A DNA stretch of 36,875 bases from a virus (lineage: Duplodnaviria > Heunggongvirae > Uroviricota > Caudoviricetes), in IMG/VR virus record IMGVR_UViG_2721755724_000003; one strand, 5' to 3'. Under the pieces are notes generated by a model. That model ran no database searches. It was not told the origin of the DNA and saw nothing but the letters and a program-made list of their open reading frames with translations. The position numbers were made by a program, and so were the translations under genes. This document shows positions 28,180-36,875 of the stretch, in pieces; positions within the stretch are counted from its first letter, which is position 1; each line of letters starts with the position of its first letter.

Positions 28180-30594
28180 TTAATACAGGTTCCGCCACTT
28201 ATCATCTTCCCGCAAACACTGGTTCCGATAGAAGATACGCAAGCCTGCTCCTGACGGAATACTGCCGCCGCGAAGGAGTAAATCGACCTCTTTCTCGCTA
28301 CCATCAAATCCTCTGGACTTCAGCTCATAGACGAGCTGCAGTCGCTGATGGTCTGTAATTCGCTGTTTGTAGTCTTTACGCCGTTTCGGTTTCACCAGGC
28401 GTAACCTTGCAGCCAGTTCCCGGCGCTCTTTTTTGTTCATACTGTGCAGGTAATCGTGCAACTCCTTGTCATCCATGCTGGTAATGTCCGTTCTGGGGTC
28501 CCCATCAGCTGATTTATCTTTCTCCTGTTGGTTCAAATTTTCAGCAAGGGGACAGTTATTGCCACGAGTCCAAGGGGCGCAAGCGCCCTGGTCGGCTGCC
28601 GCCTCCTGAATGTCAACGGCCTTACGAACCATTTTCCACTTCACGGCATGAGTGCAGATCTTGCCCTCTGCAATAGGTGACCAGATGCCATAAATACGAA
28701 TGCCGTGATCGCCATAGGCGGTCGGCTCTTCGTTGATTTCATAAGCAGTTCTGATGAGGTGATATTTGCGGGGAACCAGTACGCCGCCCTGCTTCATGAT
28801 GTAGGTGGCAAAACAACCAGCATCAGCAGCAGCCAGGATTGCATCAAGGCGCGGGTTATCCAGTACCGGCGCACCTGCTTTTTTGTCCCCCTGTTGCCTT
28901 GCCGCCTGACCAGCCAGCAATCGCAGTTCACGGTAAGCCTGACGCCCCGGAATGCCAAAGAAGCGGAATTGCTGAACACGATGCAGAGACGCCCAGGCAT
29001 TAACGTATTCAGCATTATCACGCAGGGATTTCCCCGTTTCCTTGCTGATCTCGCCAGCCAGACCACGCCCGTCAATGTTCTTACTGATGTATTTCGCGAT
29101 GTAGCTTGTTGGCGTACCTTTGCGCGGGTTAATCAACTCAGACTTAAAGCGCGGTCCAGTGTTATTGCCCAGCTCCTCGCGGTCTTCACGGATGGCAAAC
29201 TTACGCAGTAATGCAGTGATGGCGCGGCGGTCTTTTTTGCGCATAAAACACAACAGGTGCCAGTGAACTGTACCGTCATGATGCGGCTCAGCCACCCGCA
29301 CGCCATACCAGCGCAATCCGGCTTTGTGCATCGCCTTACGAAATGCAGCAAACATGCCGACCAGATAATCACTACTTTGTCTTACCGTCGCATTTGTCCA
29401 GGTTGGGTTGGGCCTGCCGTTATTTAGCGTGGAATGGAAACGTGACGGACAGGTGATGGTGTAGAAAACGGCGCAGTCACCGCGCATTTCCGCGATAAGC
29501 TCCAGACCTTTAACACAGGCCATCATCTCATTGCGGCGATGCGCAGGGTTGCTGCTGCTGGCGTTTACCACATCCTCCATGTCCAGCGTGTCGCCGTCTT
29601 CGTTCACCAGTTCATGAGAACGGAAAAACTCCAGCGACTTACGGCGCTGCTCACGTTTATGCATCACGGCTTCATAGCTGACATAAGGAGATGCTTTTTT
29701 GCTAACCAGGCAGACAGCGCGCAACTGCTCTTCCCGCCATTCGCAACGCATCTTCCATAATTTCCGATACCACCAGTCAGCGCACAACATACGCGCCAGC
29801 GAACCCGGAATGAGTTCATAGGGCACGGGTTTACGGCGGTTTCTTTTCCGGCGGAGTTGCTCAAACGCAGGCGGGATGACATCCAGACGCAGGGTTTCCG
29901 CTGCCACCTTTTCCCATGTATTGCGGATTTCTTCTGGCTTAACGTCATCGGTGACATACAAATCGCCACAAGCTACATCAAGGCACATGCTCATATGCGC
30001 AGCGACAAGGGTAGACAAGCGTTTCACCTGATCCTGACTCATTTCAGGCAGGATCAGCAGGCCGTCCAGCCCTTCATGGCTTGCCATAAAGCGAAAAGAA
30101 GTGGATAGCTGACTGTCGCGTACATGCTCCAGTCGTTCCAGACATGGCTTAATCGTCTCACGCAAATAGCGGGAATAAGCCTTTGGCCTGCCCAGGCTGC
30201 TGAAGTATTCAATACGTTGCATCAGCGGCTTGCTGATATGGGAAGGCTGGGCATTGACGTCCGCCAGAATGACCATGTCCGGGTTAAAACGCTGCTGCTC
30301 ATGCGCCAGCTTTGCCCGACTAATGAGCTTATCCTGCTCCATTTCGCGCTGGACAGGATCACGGGATTCATTAAAGAAATAACGCTCCCAGACCTGATCA
30401 CTCAGCGCCTCACGGCGCAGCTGTTCCTGCTCGTTATCGGCAGCGTACAGAGTGATCAGATTTGAAAGCGCAGAAACCGGCGCAACTTCCGCCGGGTCCA
30501 GATAAGGGTTAATGGCCTTTTTCGGGCTGTTCCATGAGAATGCTGCGGCGACCTCGTTAAAGCCGCTAGAGTTGCTCATATCGTCATGACTCAT
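28180..30594 (-). CDS. A: replication initiation endonuclease (P2 gpA-like rolling-circle initiator)
   Basis: 804-aa ORF with a YIAKYISK-type tyrosine motif; position matches A of P2/186. Confidence 0.85.
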   Translation of the reverse strand: MSHDDMSNSSGFNEVAAAFSWNSPKKAINPYLDPAEVAPVSALSNLITLYAADNEQEQLRREALSDQVWERYFFNESRDPVQREMEQDKLISRAKLAHEQQRFNPDMVILADVNAQPSHISKPLMQRIEYFSSLGRPKAYSRYLRETIKPCLERLEHVRDSQLSTSFRFMASHEGLDGLLILPEMSQDQVKRLSTLVAAHMSMCLDVACGDLYVTDDVKPEEIRNTWEKVAAETLRLDVIPPAFEQLRRKRNRRKPVPYELIPGSLARMLCADWWYRKLWKMRCEWREEQLRAVCLVSKKASPYVSYEAVMHKREQRRKSLEFFRSHELVNEDGDTLDMEDVVNASSSNPAHRRNEMMACVKGLELIAEMRGDCAVFYTITCPSRFHSTLNNGRPNPTWTNATVRQSSDYLVGMFAAFRKAMHKAGLRWYGVRVAEPHHDGTVHWHLLCFMRKKDRRAITALLRKFAIREDREELGNNTGPRFKSELINPRKGTPTSYIAKYISKNIDGRGLAGEISKETGKSLRDNAEYVNAWASLHRVQQFRFFGIPGRQAYRELRLLAGQAARQQGDKKAGAPVLDNPRLDAILAAADAGCFATYIMKQGGVLVPRKYHLIRTAYEINEEPTAYGDHGIRIYGIWSPIAEGKICTHAVKWKMVRKAVDIQEAAADQGACAPWTRGNNCPLAENLNQQEKDKSADGDPRTDITSMDDKELHDYLHSMNKKERRELAARLRLVKPKRRKDYKQRITDHQRLQLVYELKSRGFDGSEKEVDLLLRGGSIPSGAGLRIFYRNQCLREDDKWRNLY

Positions 30595-31448
30595 ACACGC
30601 ACCTCGTACACAGCAGAACTATCCACGCCACGCGAAGGATCAAATCCCACCCAGCAGCGCGCCCCAGAAACAGCAATGATTTCTGTTGCAGATTTACTCT
30701 CGCCAGCCGACACGCCGATGCTGCGTTTTGCCTTGATGTAGTGGTGAGTAAAATTGCGATACAGCGAACGGATCAGGGATGTGTCACTGTTAGAAACAAT
30801 GACCGGATGTCCTTCTGATGACCGATGTTCAAGAACAGATGCCAGGTGATACTGGTCATCTTCAGTGAAGCCGTCAGTGTGATAGCCGGAAAACGTACCG
30901 TCATACGGCGGATCGCAATACACCACATCCCCCGCCTTCAACATCGCCAGCGTTTCATCAAAGCTGGCGCAGATAAACGTTGCTCGCTGGGCCTTTTCTG
31001 CAAATGCGCGAATTTCTTTTTCAGGGAAATACGGATTTTTATAATTACCGTAGGGAATGTTGAAATGCCCGCTCTTGTTATAGCGACATAAACCACGGTA
31101 ACCGTGACGATTGAGATACAGGAAATATACCGCTTTCATGAAATCAGTAATTTCAGTTGAGTAATTAAACTCCTGCCTTATGTTGTAATAAGCCACCTCC
31201 CTGTTTGCTTCCTCAAATAAAGCTCTGGCGCGAGATATAAACGATTCACAATCAGCGGCAACCTTTTTATAGAGGTTGATTAAATCAGGATTAATATCCG
31301 CAACCAGATAGCTGGGATAATCCGTCTCCATCATCACAGCACAGGAACCCGCGAAAGGTTCAACCAGTCGCGGGCCAGCAGGAAGATGTTTTTTCAGTTC
31401 GGACATTATGGCAGTTTTATTTCCCGCCCATTTCAGGATGGTGCTCAT
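30591..31448 (-). CDS. dam: DNA adenine methyltransferase (Dam-like, N6-adenine)
   Basis: Start placed at ATG 31448 ([11 protein letters not shown]...), overlapping the upstream stop as ATGA; ILKWAGNK and DPPY motifs characteristic of Dam-family methyltransferases. Confidence 0.8.
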   Translation of the reverse strand: MSTILKWAGNKTAIMSELKKHLPAGPRLVEPFAGSCAVMMETDYPSYLVADINPDLINLYKKVAADCESFISRARALFEEANREVAYYNIRQEFNYSTEITDFMKAVYFLYLNRHGYRGLCRYNKSGHFNIPYGNYKNPYFPEKEIRAFAEKAQRATFICASFDETLAMLKAGDVVYCDPPYDGTFSGYHTDGFTEDDQYHLASVLEHRSSEGHPVIVSNSDTSLIRSLYRNFTHHYIKAKRSIGVSAGESKSATEIIAVSGARCWVGFDPSRGVDSSAVYEVRV

Positions 31449-31672
31449 ACAGCACCTCCGTTGTAATGTTTGCCTTTCAGCTCTGCGATTTCCTGACAGG
31501 TAATGCAAAGCTGCACACCCGGAATGGCACGGCGACGTGCTGGCGGAATTGGCGCTTCACACTCAATGCAAAGCACGCGGGACACGCCCGGTGTTTTGGC
31601 GCGGGCAGCACGGATATGACGCTGGCGTTCTTCTTCAACGCGCTGCTGTACGAGATCCATTGCATCAGCCAT
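31445..31672 (-). CDS. TraR/DksA-family C4 zinc-finger protein
   Basis: 75 aa with CIECEAPIP...CITCQ four-cysteine zinc-finger pattern. Confidence 0.7.
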   Translation of the reverse strand: MADAMDLVQQRVEEERQRHIRAARAKTPGVSRVLCIECEAPIPPARRRAIPGVQLCITCQEIAELKGKHYNGGAV

Positions 31673-31911
31673 TAGTGGATCTCCTGCGCTTCGTTCTGGA
31701 TTGCTTCAGCGGTCACACGCAGCAGTTCTGCTGCTTCGACGTGGTTTAGCTGGCGGGATGTGATATGACACGCCAGGCTATCAAGGCGGGCAGCCATTGC
31801 CTCAGCCCTTGCCCGACGTTCTTCAAGACGGGCCTCTGTCAGTAAAATATTAAGCCCTACGTCATCCGGTCCGGTTTTAGTCGTGAGGGTTTCAATATTA
31901 CGCATAATCAA
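31672..31911 (-). CDS. hypothetical early-region phage protein
   Basis: 79-aa ORF packed in the early operon; no motif recognised. Confidence 0.5.
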   Translation of the reverse strand: MIMRNIETLTTKTGPDDVGLNILLTEARLEERRARAEAMAARLDSLACHITSRQLNHVEAAELLRVTAEAIQNEAQEIH

Positions 31912-31972
31912 TTCTCCTGAATTTAGATAAAGGGATGCCCGGCGGGTTTACGCCATGATTTTCATTAATTGG

Positions 31973-32314
31973 TTAATTCGGCATGGTTAGCCGTCTGGGA
32001 AATAAGCTCACCACTGCACGAAAATGATTCATTGCTTTAATCAGCTCCCGCTTTTCGTCAGTGGTCAGCTCATTAATGCTGATGCTATGACGTTCAGCTG
32101 GAATTTTTGCCATAAAGAATATGGCAGCTAGTGCCCGTTTATTTTGTTCATTATTGATATCCCGTGGATCACGCATATCTTTAATAAACCGCTCAAGCTC
32201 TGACTCAATATTCAGGCCAAAAACTTTCGCCCTTAATTCCGCTATGTGATTAAGTCCATTCAGGCGTTCACCGGGGCTTAATGGAACAGTCGCCGCAGCG
32301 CCATTAATTGCCAT
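31973..32314 (-). CDS. hypothetical early-region phage protein
   Basis: 113-aa ORF in the early operon; no motif recognised. Confidence 0.5.
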   Translation of the reverse strand: MAINGAAATVPLSPGERLNGLNHIAELRAKVFGLNIESELERFIKDMRDPRDINNEQNKRALAAIFFMAKIPAERHSISINELTTDEKRELIKAMNHFRAVVSLFPRRLTMPN

Positions 32315-32336
32315 AATTCATATCCCCAAAACGCAA

Positions 32337-32561
32337 CTATCGTTCTTTGTTCTTACGGTAACGCTCAAGGGGAGATACATTTTTTCGTACCGTCTCTTTA
32401 ACCTGCTCTCCCCGTAAAAACGTCCCATCCTTTAGCGTGAAAAAGTAACTGCCATCGCCCGACAACGACGGATAACAACAGAGCAAATCATCTTCAGGTA
32501 CTGAATAACTCTCCCCTCTGTAACGAAACTGATAAACCACTTCACTTTCCGCTGCATACAT
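32337..32561 (-). CDS. hypothetical early-region phage protein
   Basis: 74-aa ORF with a GGAG ribosome-binding site about 9 nt upstream; an in-frame stop just upstream fixes its start. Confidence 0.5.
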   Translation of the reverse strand: MYAAESEVVYQFRYRGESYSVPEDDLLCCYPSLSGDGSYFFTLKDGTFLRGEQVKETVRKNVSPLERYRKNKER

Positions 32562-32728
32562 TTTGACTTTCTCCGTTTCCTCGTGGTCAATTCAGACAGC
32601 AATTCATCTTGTGAATGACATGGATGCCAGCGTTTACCATCCTCACCCATGATCCAGCCGTGACCGTAGTGCATTGCCGGGCTTTGTTTTACCAGCAGCG
32701 ATGCAAATGATGGTTCTTTCGTCAGCAT
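32432..32728 (-). CDS. hypothetical protein overlapping the previous ORF in another frame
   Basis: ATG 32728 with a GAGGTG ribosome-binding site directly after the cII stop; the C-terminal 45 aa look like out-of-frame basic low-complexity sequence and overlap 32337-32561. Confidence 0.3.
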   Translation of the reverse strand: MLTKEPSFASLLVKQSPAMHYGHGWIMGEDGKRWHPCHSQDELLSELTTRKRRKSKCMQRKVKWFISFVTEGRVIQYLKMICSVVIRRCRAMAVTFSR

Positions 32729-32735
32729 AAGCACC

Positions 32736-33245
32736 TCACAGCAAACCGAATGAAGCACCGAGGCCAGTCACGGTATCAACTGCACTCGCCATCGCAGGAT
32801 TAGCCTGTAAACGGGCCTGCAATGAAACAGCCGCCAGCGCCATCAGTCGTGTTACAGAATTAATGCTGCTGATCGCATCGCGACGGCCTGCACTGGTTTT
32901 TACATCGCCAGAAACCGCACCTGCAGCAACACGCCCGATCTCTGCGGTTGCACTCATGACGTAATGTGGCAGTCTCTCTTTTGCCACCTCATTTACCGGT
33001 ATACATGGCAGGCAGTGAATCTGAGCCAGAAATCCATCAACCAGTGTTGGGTCTTCAGTGAGATCGGTTAACTGCCAGATATCTGACGCAGTAAGTTGGT
33101 GTGGTTGTTCCGGGTTGAGCTTGTTACGCAAGGTTTGAACGTTCATACCTGCGCGCTCTGCCAGCTTCGCCATGTTGTGTCGTAGGGCGAAGGCCCGGCA
33201 GGCTTCATTGAAATGGGGATGTTTTGAAATGCGATAGTCAAACAT
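32736..33245 (-). CDS. cII: 186 CII-like lysogeny establishment regulator
   Basis: 169 aa (the same length as 186 CII) with an N-terminal HTH-like region; position after apl. Confidence 0.7.
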   Translation of the reverse strand: MFDYRISKHPHFNEACRAFALRHNMAKLAERAGMNVQTLRNKLNPEQPHQLTASDIWQLTDLTEDPTLVDGFLAQIHCLPCIPVNEVAKERLPHYVMSATAEIGRVAAGAVSGDVKTSAGRRDAISSINSVTRLMALAAVSLQARLQANPAMASAVDTVTGLGASFGLL

Positions 33246-33277
33246 AGTCAGTTGCTCCGTGAAGTCTCAAAATGGAA

Positions 33278-33499
33278 CTAGTTGATAGTCACGTTGCAAT
33301 CAGAGAGGGCATCGATCGTCATCGCAGCAATGTTAATCATCACTTTTTCACGCTTTTTATCCTTACGTAGGCGATGACGAGGCAAACGCCCATCTGCAAG
33401 CATGTCGTTAATTGTGTCGATAGATAAGCCAGTGAGTTCACTATATCTTTCTATAGTAACGTGGGGGGTGATGAGAGTGATTGAAATGTTAGGTCTCAT
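33278..33499 (-). CDS. apl: Apl/Cox-like excisionase-repressor
   Basis: Small HTH protein divergent from cI; start placed at ATG 33499 (MRPNISITL...), since the longer ORF begins with TTG. Confidence 0.6.
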   Translation of the reverse strand: MRPNISITLITPHVTIERYSELTGLSIDTINDMLADGRLPRHRLRKDKKREKVMINIAAMTIDALSDCNVTIN

Positions 33500-33624
33500 G
33501 ATGCAACATTCCTCTTTTAGCAATGATTAATCAGGATGAATACTGATCGTTTGTATTATGTGAACACTGCAAACATACGATCACATCATGAAATCGTCAA
33601 GGTAAAAGTTCACTTGGAGTGACC

Positions 33625-34188
33625 ATGAATTTGGAAAAAGGCGGTCGTGGGGCCATAGAGCGCATGGTTGAAGCCTATGGTTTCAAGACAAGACAAGCTT
33701 TGTGTGATCATTTGGGCATTTCTAAAAGCACCTTAGCCACGCGCTATATGCGTGATTCATTCCCGGCAGAATGGGTAATCCAATGTGCACTTGAAACCGG
33801 CACGTCGCTAGAGTGGCTAACTACTGGGCAAGGTTCAAAAGAAAGTTCACAAAAAGAAAACACAAAAGAGATCGAAAGGAAGATTTTATCAAGCGGAAAA
33901 CTACTTCCTGATGGTTACTACATTTTCGACAACAACTTTTTGCCTGAAAAACTAAAAAAACCTTTTGTTGTGATCGATGGCGCATCAGAGTTTATCTGTG
34001 ATTCGGATTATGAGGATGTACGTGATGGTAAGTGGATCGTTGATATTGATGGCGAGGTTGCTATCAGGAATCTGACAAGACTGCCGGGACGTCGTCTAAA
34101 TGTCGATGGCGGCAGCAGTTCCTTTGAATGCAAAATAGATGAAATTGATATCATAGGAAAAATTAGAAGCGCGATCGTCAATTATTAA
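33625..34188 (+). CDS. cI: 186-type CI immunity repressor
   Basis: About 187 aa with an N-terminal HTH ([20 protein letters not shown]) and a C-terminal domain; start at ATG 33625 with GGAG upstream (the ORF track opens at GTG 33619). Confidence 0.75.
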   Translation: MNLEKGGRGAIERMVEAYGFKTRQALCDHLGISKSTLATRYMRDSFPAEWVIQCALETGTSLEWLTTGQGSKESSQKENTKEIERKILSSGKLLPDGYYIFDNNFLPEKLKKPFVVIDGASEFICDSDYEDVRDGKWIVDIDGEVAIRNLTRLPGRRLNVDGGSSSFECKIDEIDIIGKIRSAIVNY

Positions 34189-34211
34189 AATTAATGTATA
34201 AGGAAATAAAT

Positions 34212-34397
34212 ATGTTTTATAAATCTATACATATCCTACTTATTTGTTTATTTATTACGTTACCTATTACAAGTTTTGCAAAAAATTATCCATGTTCTGG
34301 TAAGAAAGGGGGAGTTTCACATTGTACATCTGATGGGAAGTTCGTTTGCAATGATGGAACGCAAAGCAAGTCAAAGAAAATATGTTCTAAAAACTAA
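34212..34397 (+). CDS. small secreted Cys/Lys-rich peptide
   Basis: Start at ATG 34212 with an AAGGA ribosome-binding site; signal peptide [23 protein letters not shown], then a mature part of about 38 aa with four cysteines. Confidence 0.5.
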   Translation: MFYKSIHILLICLFITLPITSFAKNYPCSGKKGGVSHCTSDGKFVCNDGTQSKSKKICSKN

Positions 34398-34408
34398 GGT
34401 TGCTTCAT

Positions 34409-35740
34409 ATGAATAATGATATGACTTTTGAAAACAGAGATGAGTATAATAGAAAAATCATTGCTGAAAAAATAATAAGCTTACTCGAGTCCCCCTTAAA
34501 AATATCCCCTATTGTTATCGATGGGGACTGGGGTACCGGTAAAACCGAATTTTCAAAAAAATTAGCGGCATTGATTGAAAAAAATGAATCTGGGCATAAA
34601 GTAGTATATATTGATGCATTTACTGAAGATCATAATGATGCTCCCATACTTACTATAATGGCTGCAATAGTTGCATTATATCCAGAGAGTGAAAAGAAGG
34701 AATTAATATCAAAGGCATTACCAGCATTGAGATTTGGACTTAAAACTGTACTCAAAGCTGGCGCTGGGTGGATTTTAAAACAAAATGCAGATGATATTGC
34801 GGATGAATTCGAAGATGCTATTAAAGATGCGGCTAACTCAGCTATAGATGGTACTGTAGAAGCACTGCTTGATGATCATATTGAAGCAAAGAAACATTTG
34901 CTTGCTCTCAAGGAAGTACTTGCTGAACTAACTAGCGAAAATAAAATAACAATTATCATTGACGAACTTGACCGTTGTAAACCAAGCTTTGCCATCTCTA
35001 TCATCGAAAATATAAAACATGTTTTTGACACTGAAAATCTTAACTTCTTGTTAGTTGCTAACATCTCACAATTGAAAGCATCAATAAATCATATTTACGG
35101 TGCAGGTGTTGACTCAGAAAGATATCTTGATAAATTTATAAAATTCACTTACAGCCTGCCAGTGACTTTCACTGAAAACAATTACGATAAAATTTTGGCT
35201 TCGAACTCTCATTTTAGAATGCTATGTAACGAGTCTGAAAGACTAAAAGAAATTGGAGAAAGTAGTATTCATATAGTTCAAAAATTTATCGAACTAAAAG
35301 GCTTGTCGCTACGGGAAGTTGAAACCTTATCAAGATATCTAGAAATTTATCAAATTTTATCTCAAAATGAAATCAGCAATAAATTTATACCAGGCTATTG
35401 CTGTTATCGAACCCTTGCAGTAATTCTTTATTCGTTTGGTCGTGAACTGGCCCTTAACTACGTAGAAGATAAAATAGATGCACAATTAATAATCAATTTC
35501 TTCGGTGTTAATAGACTCCCATATCAGACAGATCAATATAACATCAACATCTACTATTATGCATTATTTGGTATAACTTATAAATATATGCCAGAAGGTT
35601 CTCCTTTACTTCCTTCTGAAAACGATGAAAAAAACAGATGGGCTGAAATAAGTGATTATCATATTTTAAAAGGAAATGCAGGTGTAGAAGACCCTGTTAG
35701 AATATTCAAAAACACCTTAAAAGTTTTCTTGCTCCAATGA
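34409..35740 (+). CDS. KAP-family P-loop NTPase
   Basis: Walker A GDWGTGKT, a YIDAF motif after it (KAP proteins have NAW-like motifs there) and Walker B IIIDELDRC; AT-rich; sits between cI and int. Confidence 0.7.
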   Translation: MNNDMTFENRDEYNRKIIAEKIISLLESPLKISPIVIDGDWGTGKTEFSKKLAALIEKNESGHKVVYIDAFTEDHNDAPILTIMAAIVALYPESEKKELISKALPALRFGLKTVLKAGAGWILKQNADDIADEFEDAIKDAANSAIDGTVEALLDDHIEAKKHLLALKEVLAELTSENKITIIIDELDRCKPSFAISIIENIKHVFDTENLNFLLVANISQLKASINHIYGAGVDSERYLDKFIKFTYSLPVTFTENNYDKILASNSHFRMLCNESERLKEIGESSIHIVQKFIELKGLSLREVETLSRYLEIYQILSQNEISNKFIPGYCCYRTLAVILYSFGRELALNYVEDKIDAQLIINFFGVNRLPYQTDQYNINIYYYALFGITYKYMPEGSPLLPSENDEKNRWAEISDYHILKGNAGVEDPVRIFKNTLKVFLLQ

Positions 35741-35797
35741 AATGTTTGATTGAAGATCTTTAAACATTGACCACTGTTCAAACATACAGTTAAATTT

Positions 35798-35822
35798 AGT
35801 CCTCAGACATGAGGACTTTTTT
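35798..35822 (+). terminator. rho-independent terminator abutting the int start codon
   Basis: Stem agtcctca / tgaggact with a 4-nt loop, followed by TTTTTT, then ATG at 35823. Confidence 0.55.
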
Positions 35823-36875
35823 ATGGCAGTACGAAAACTCAACACAGGTAAATGGATTTGTGAATGCTACCCCGCCGGGCGCAATGGGCGGCGTGTGCGT
35901 AAGCAGTTTGCAACTAAGGGTGAAGCATTGGCTTTTGAGCGTCACACGATGGAAGAAACCGGAGCAAAACCCTGGCTGGGTGAATCAGTGGATCGTCGAA
36001 CACTGAAAGACGTGGTTGAGCTATGGTTCAAACTACATGGTAAATCTCTGACGGCTGGGCAGCATGTCTATGACAAATTGCTGTTGATGGTTGACGCTCT
36101 GGGAAATCCCATTGCAACCGATCTCACCTCTAAAATGTTTGCCCACTATCGAGATAAACGCCTGACAGGAGAGATCTACTTCAGCGAAAAATGGAAGAAA
36201 GGAGCAAGCCCGGTCACCGTTAACCTGGAGCAAAGCTATCTAAGTAGTGTTTTTAGCGAACTATCCCGCTTGGGCGAATGGTCGTATCAGAACCCACTGG
36301 AGAACATGCGAAAATTCACCATCGCAGAAAAAGAGATGGCATGGCTTACCCATGAACAGATTGTTGAATTGCTGGCTGATTGCAAACGTCAGGACCCAAT
36401 TCTGGCACTGGTAGTCAAGATATGCTTAAGCACAGGCGCACGCTGGCGAGAAGCAATAAATCTTACCCGTTCACAGGTGACTAAATACCGAATTACCTTT
36501 GTCAGAACGAAGGGGAAGAAAAACAGAAGCATTCCCATCAGTAAAGAGCTTTACGAAGAGATCATGGCACTTGATGGGTTCAATTTCTTTACAGACTGCT
36601 ATTTTCAATTTTTATCCGTGATGGAAAAAACGTCTATCGTGCTCCCTCGCGGTCAACTGACACACGTTCTGCGTCATACGTTTGCGGCGCATTTTATGAT
36701 GTCGGGTGGAAACATCCTGGCCTTACAAAAAATTCTCGGGCATCACGATATAAAAATGACGATGCGTTACGCACATCTGGCACCGGATCATCTGGAAACG
36801 GCGCTCCGTTTCAATCCTCTTGCAACGCTGCCAAGTGGCGACAAAGTGGCGGCAGCGGTTGGCATTACCCCGTAA
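35823..36875 (+). CDS. int: tyrosine integrase (P2/186 Int-like)
   Basis: 350 aa with C-terminal HxxR and RYAHL catalytic-tyrosine motifs; the att core repeat lies in its last codons; the stop is the final triplet of the window. Confidence 0.85.
   Translation: MAVRKLNTGKWICECYPAGRNGRRVRKQFATKGEALAFERHTMEETGAKPWLGESVDRRTLKDVVELWFKLHGKSLTAGQHVYDKLLLMVDALGNPIATDLTSKMFAHYRDKRLTGEIYFSEKWKKGASPVTVNLEQSYLSSVFSELSRLGEWSYQNPLENMRKFTIAEKEMAWLTHEQIVELLADCKRQDPILALVVKICLSTGARWREAINLTRSQVTKYRITFVRTKGKKNRSIPISKELYEEIMALDGFNFFTDCYFQFLSVMEKTSIVLPRGQLTHVLRHTFAAHFMMSGGNILALQKILGHHDIKMTMRYAHLAPDHLETALRFNPLATLPSGDKVAAAVGITP
36836..36857. repeat. att core direct repeat, int-proximal junction
   Basis: TGGCGACAAAGTGGCGGCAGCG within the last codons of int; pairs with the 2834-2855 copy. 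Confidence 0.6.

Larger units (their letters stand above)
2834..36857. mobile_element. integrated P2/186-family prophage (P2-like late genes, 186-like immunity region)
   Basis: Complete syntenic P2-type gene set from ogr to int, flanked by 22-bp direct repeats at about 2834-2855 and 36836-36857 (21/22 identical). Confidence 0.85.

Noticed and set aside
28705-29211. 168-aa plus-strand ORF inside the replication gene A
   Set aside because: Antisense to A; no ribosome-binding site; typical spurious long ORF in GC-rich sequence.
1-36875. CRISPR arrays, rRNA or tRNA genes, IS elements
   Set aside because: No regularly spaced direct repeats, no rRNA-like or tRNA-like structured regions, and no transposase ORF or terminal inverted repeats were seen; the only mobile element supported is the prophage itself.

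Overview
Three host genes (grxA, ybjM, ybjL; E. coli-like) are followed by an essentially complete P2/186-family prophage of about 34 kb (roughly 2834-36857), bounded by 22-bp direct repeats that I read as the att core. The late region is P2-like and almost entirely on the minus strand (ogr, D, U, T, E/E', FII, FI, H, tfa, I, J, W, V, S, R, lysC/B/A, K, Y, X, L, M, N, O), with P and Q on the plus strand; the immunity region is 186-like (CI, Apl, CII), followed by A replicase and a tyrosine integrase. The most interesting content is accessory cargo, all visibly AT-rich against the GC-rich phage backbone: (1) two large unassigned genes in the old/tin hotspot position on either side of a cos-like site, one a TPR + HEPN-motif protein and one a PIN-like protein with an acidic tail; (2) a KAP-type P-loop NTPase plus a small secreted Cys-containing peptide between cI and int; (3) a Gin/Cin/Hin-type invertase with a gix-like invertible tail-fibre segment in the Z/fun position; (4) a LexA-box-controlled Tum/DinI-like module. 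All protein calls rest on reading the translations and recalling family motifs; no database search was run, and coordinates of short sites may be off by a few bases.
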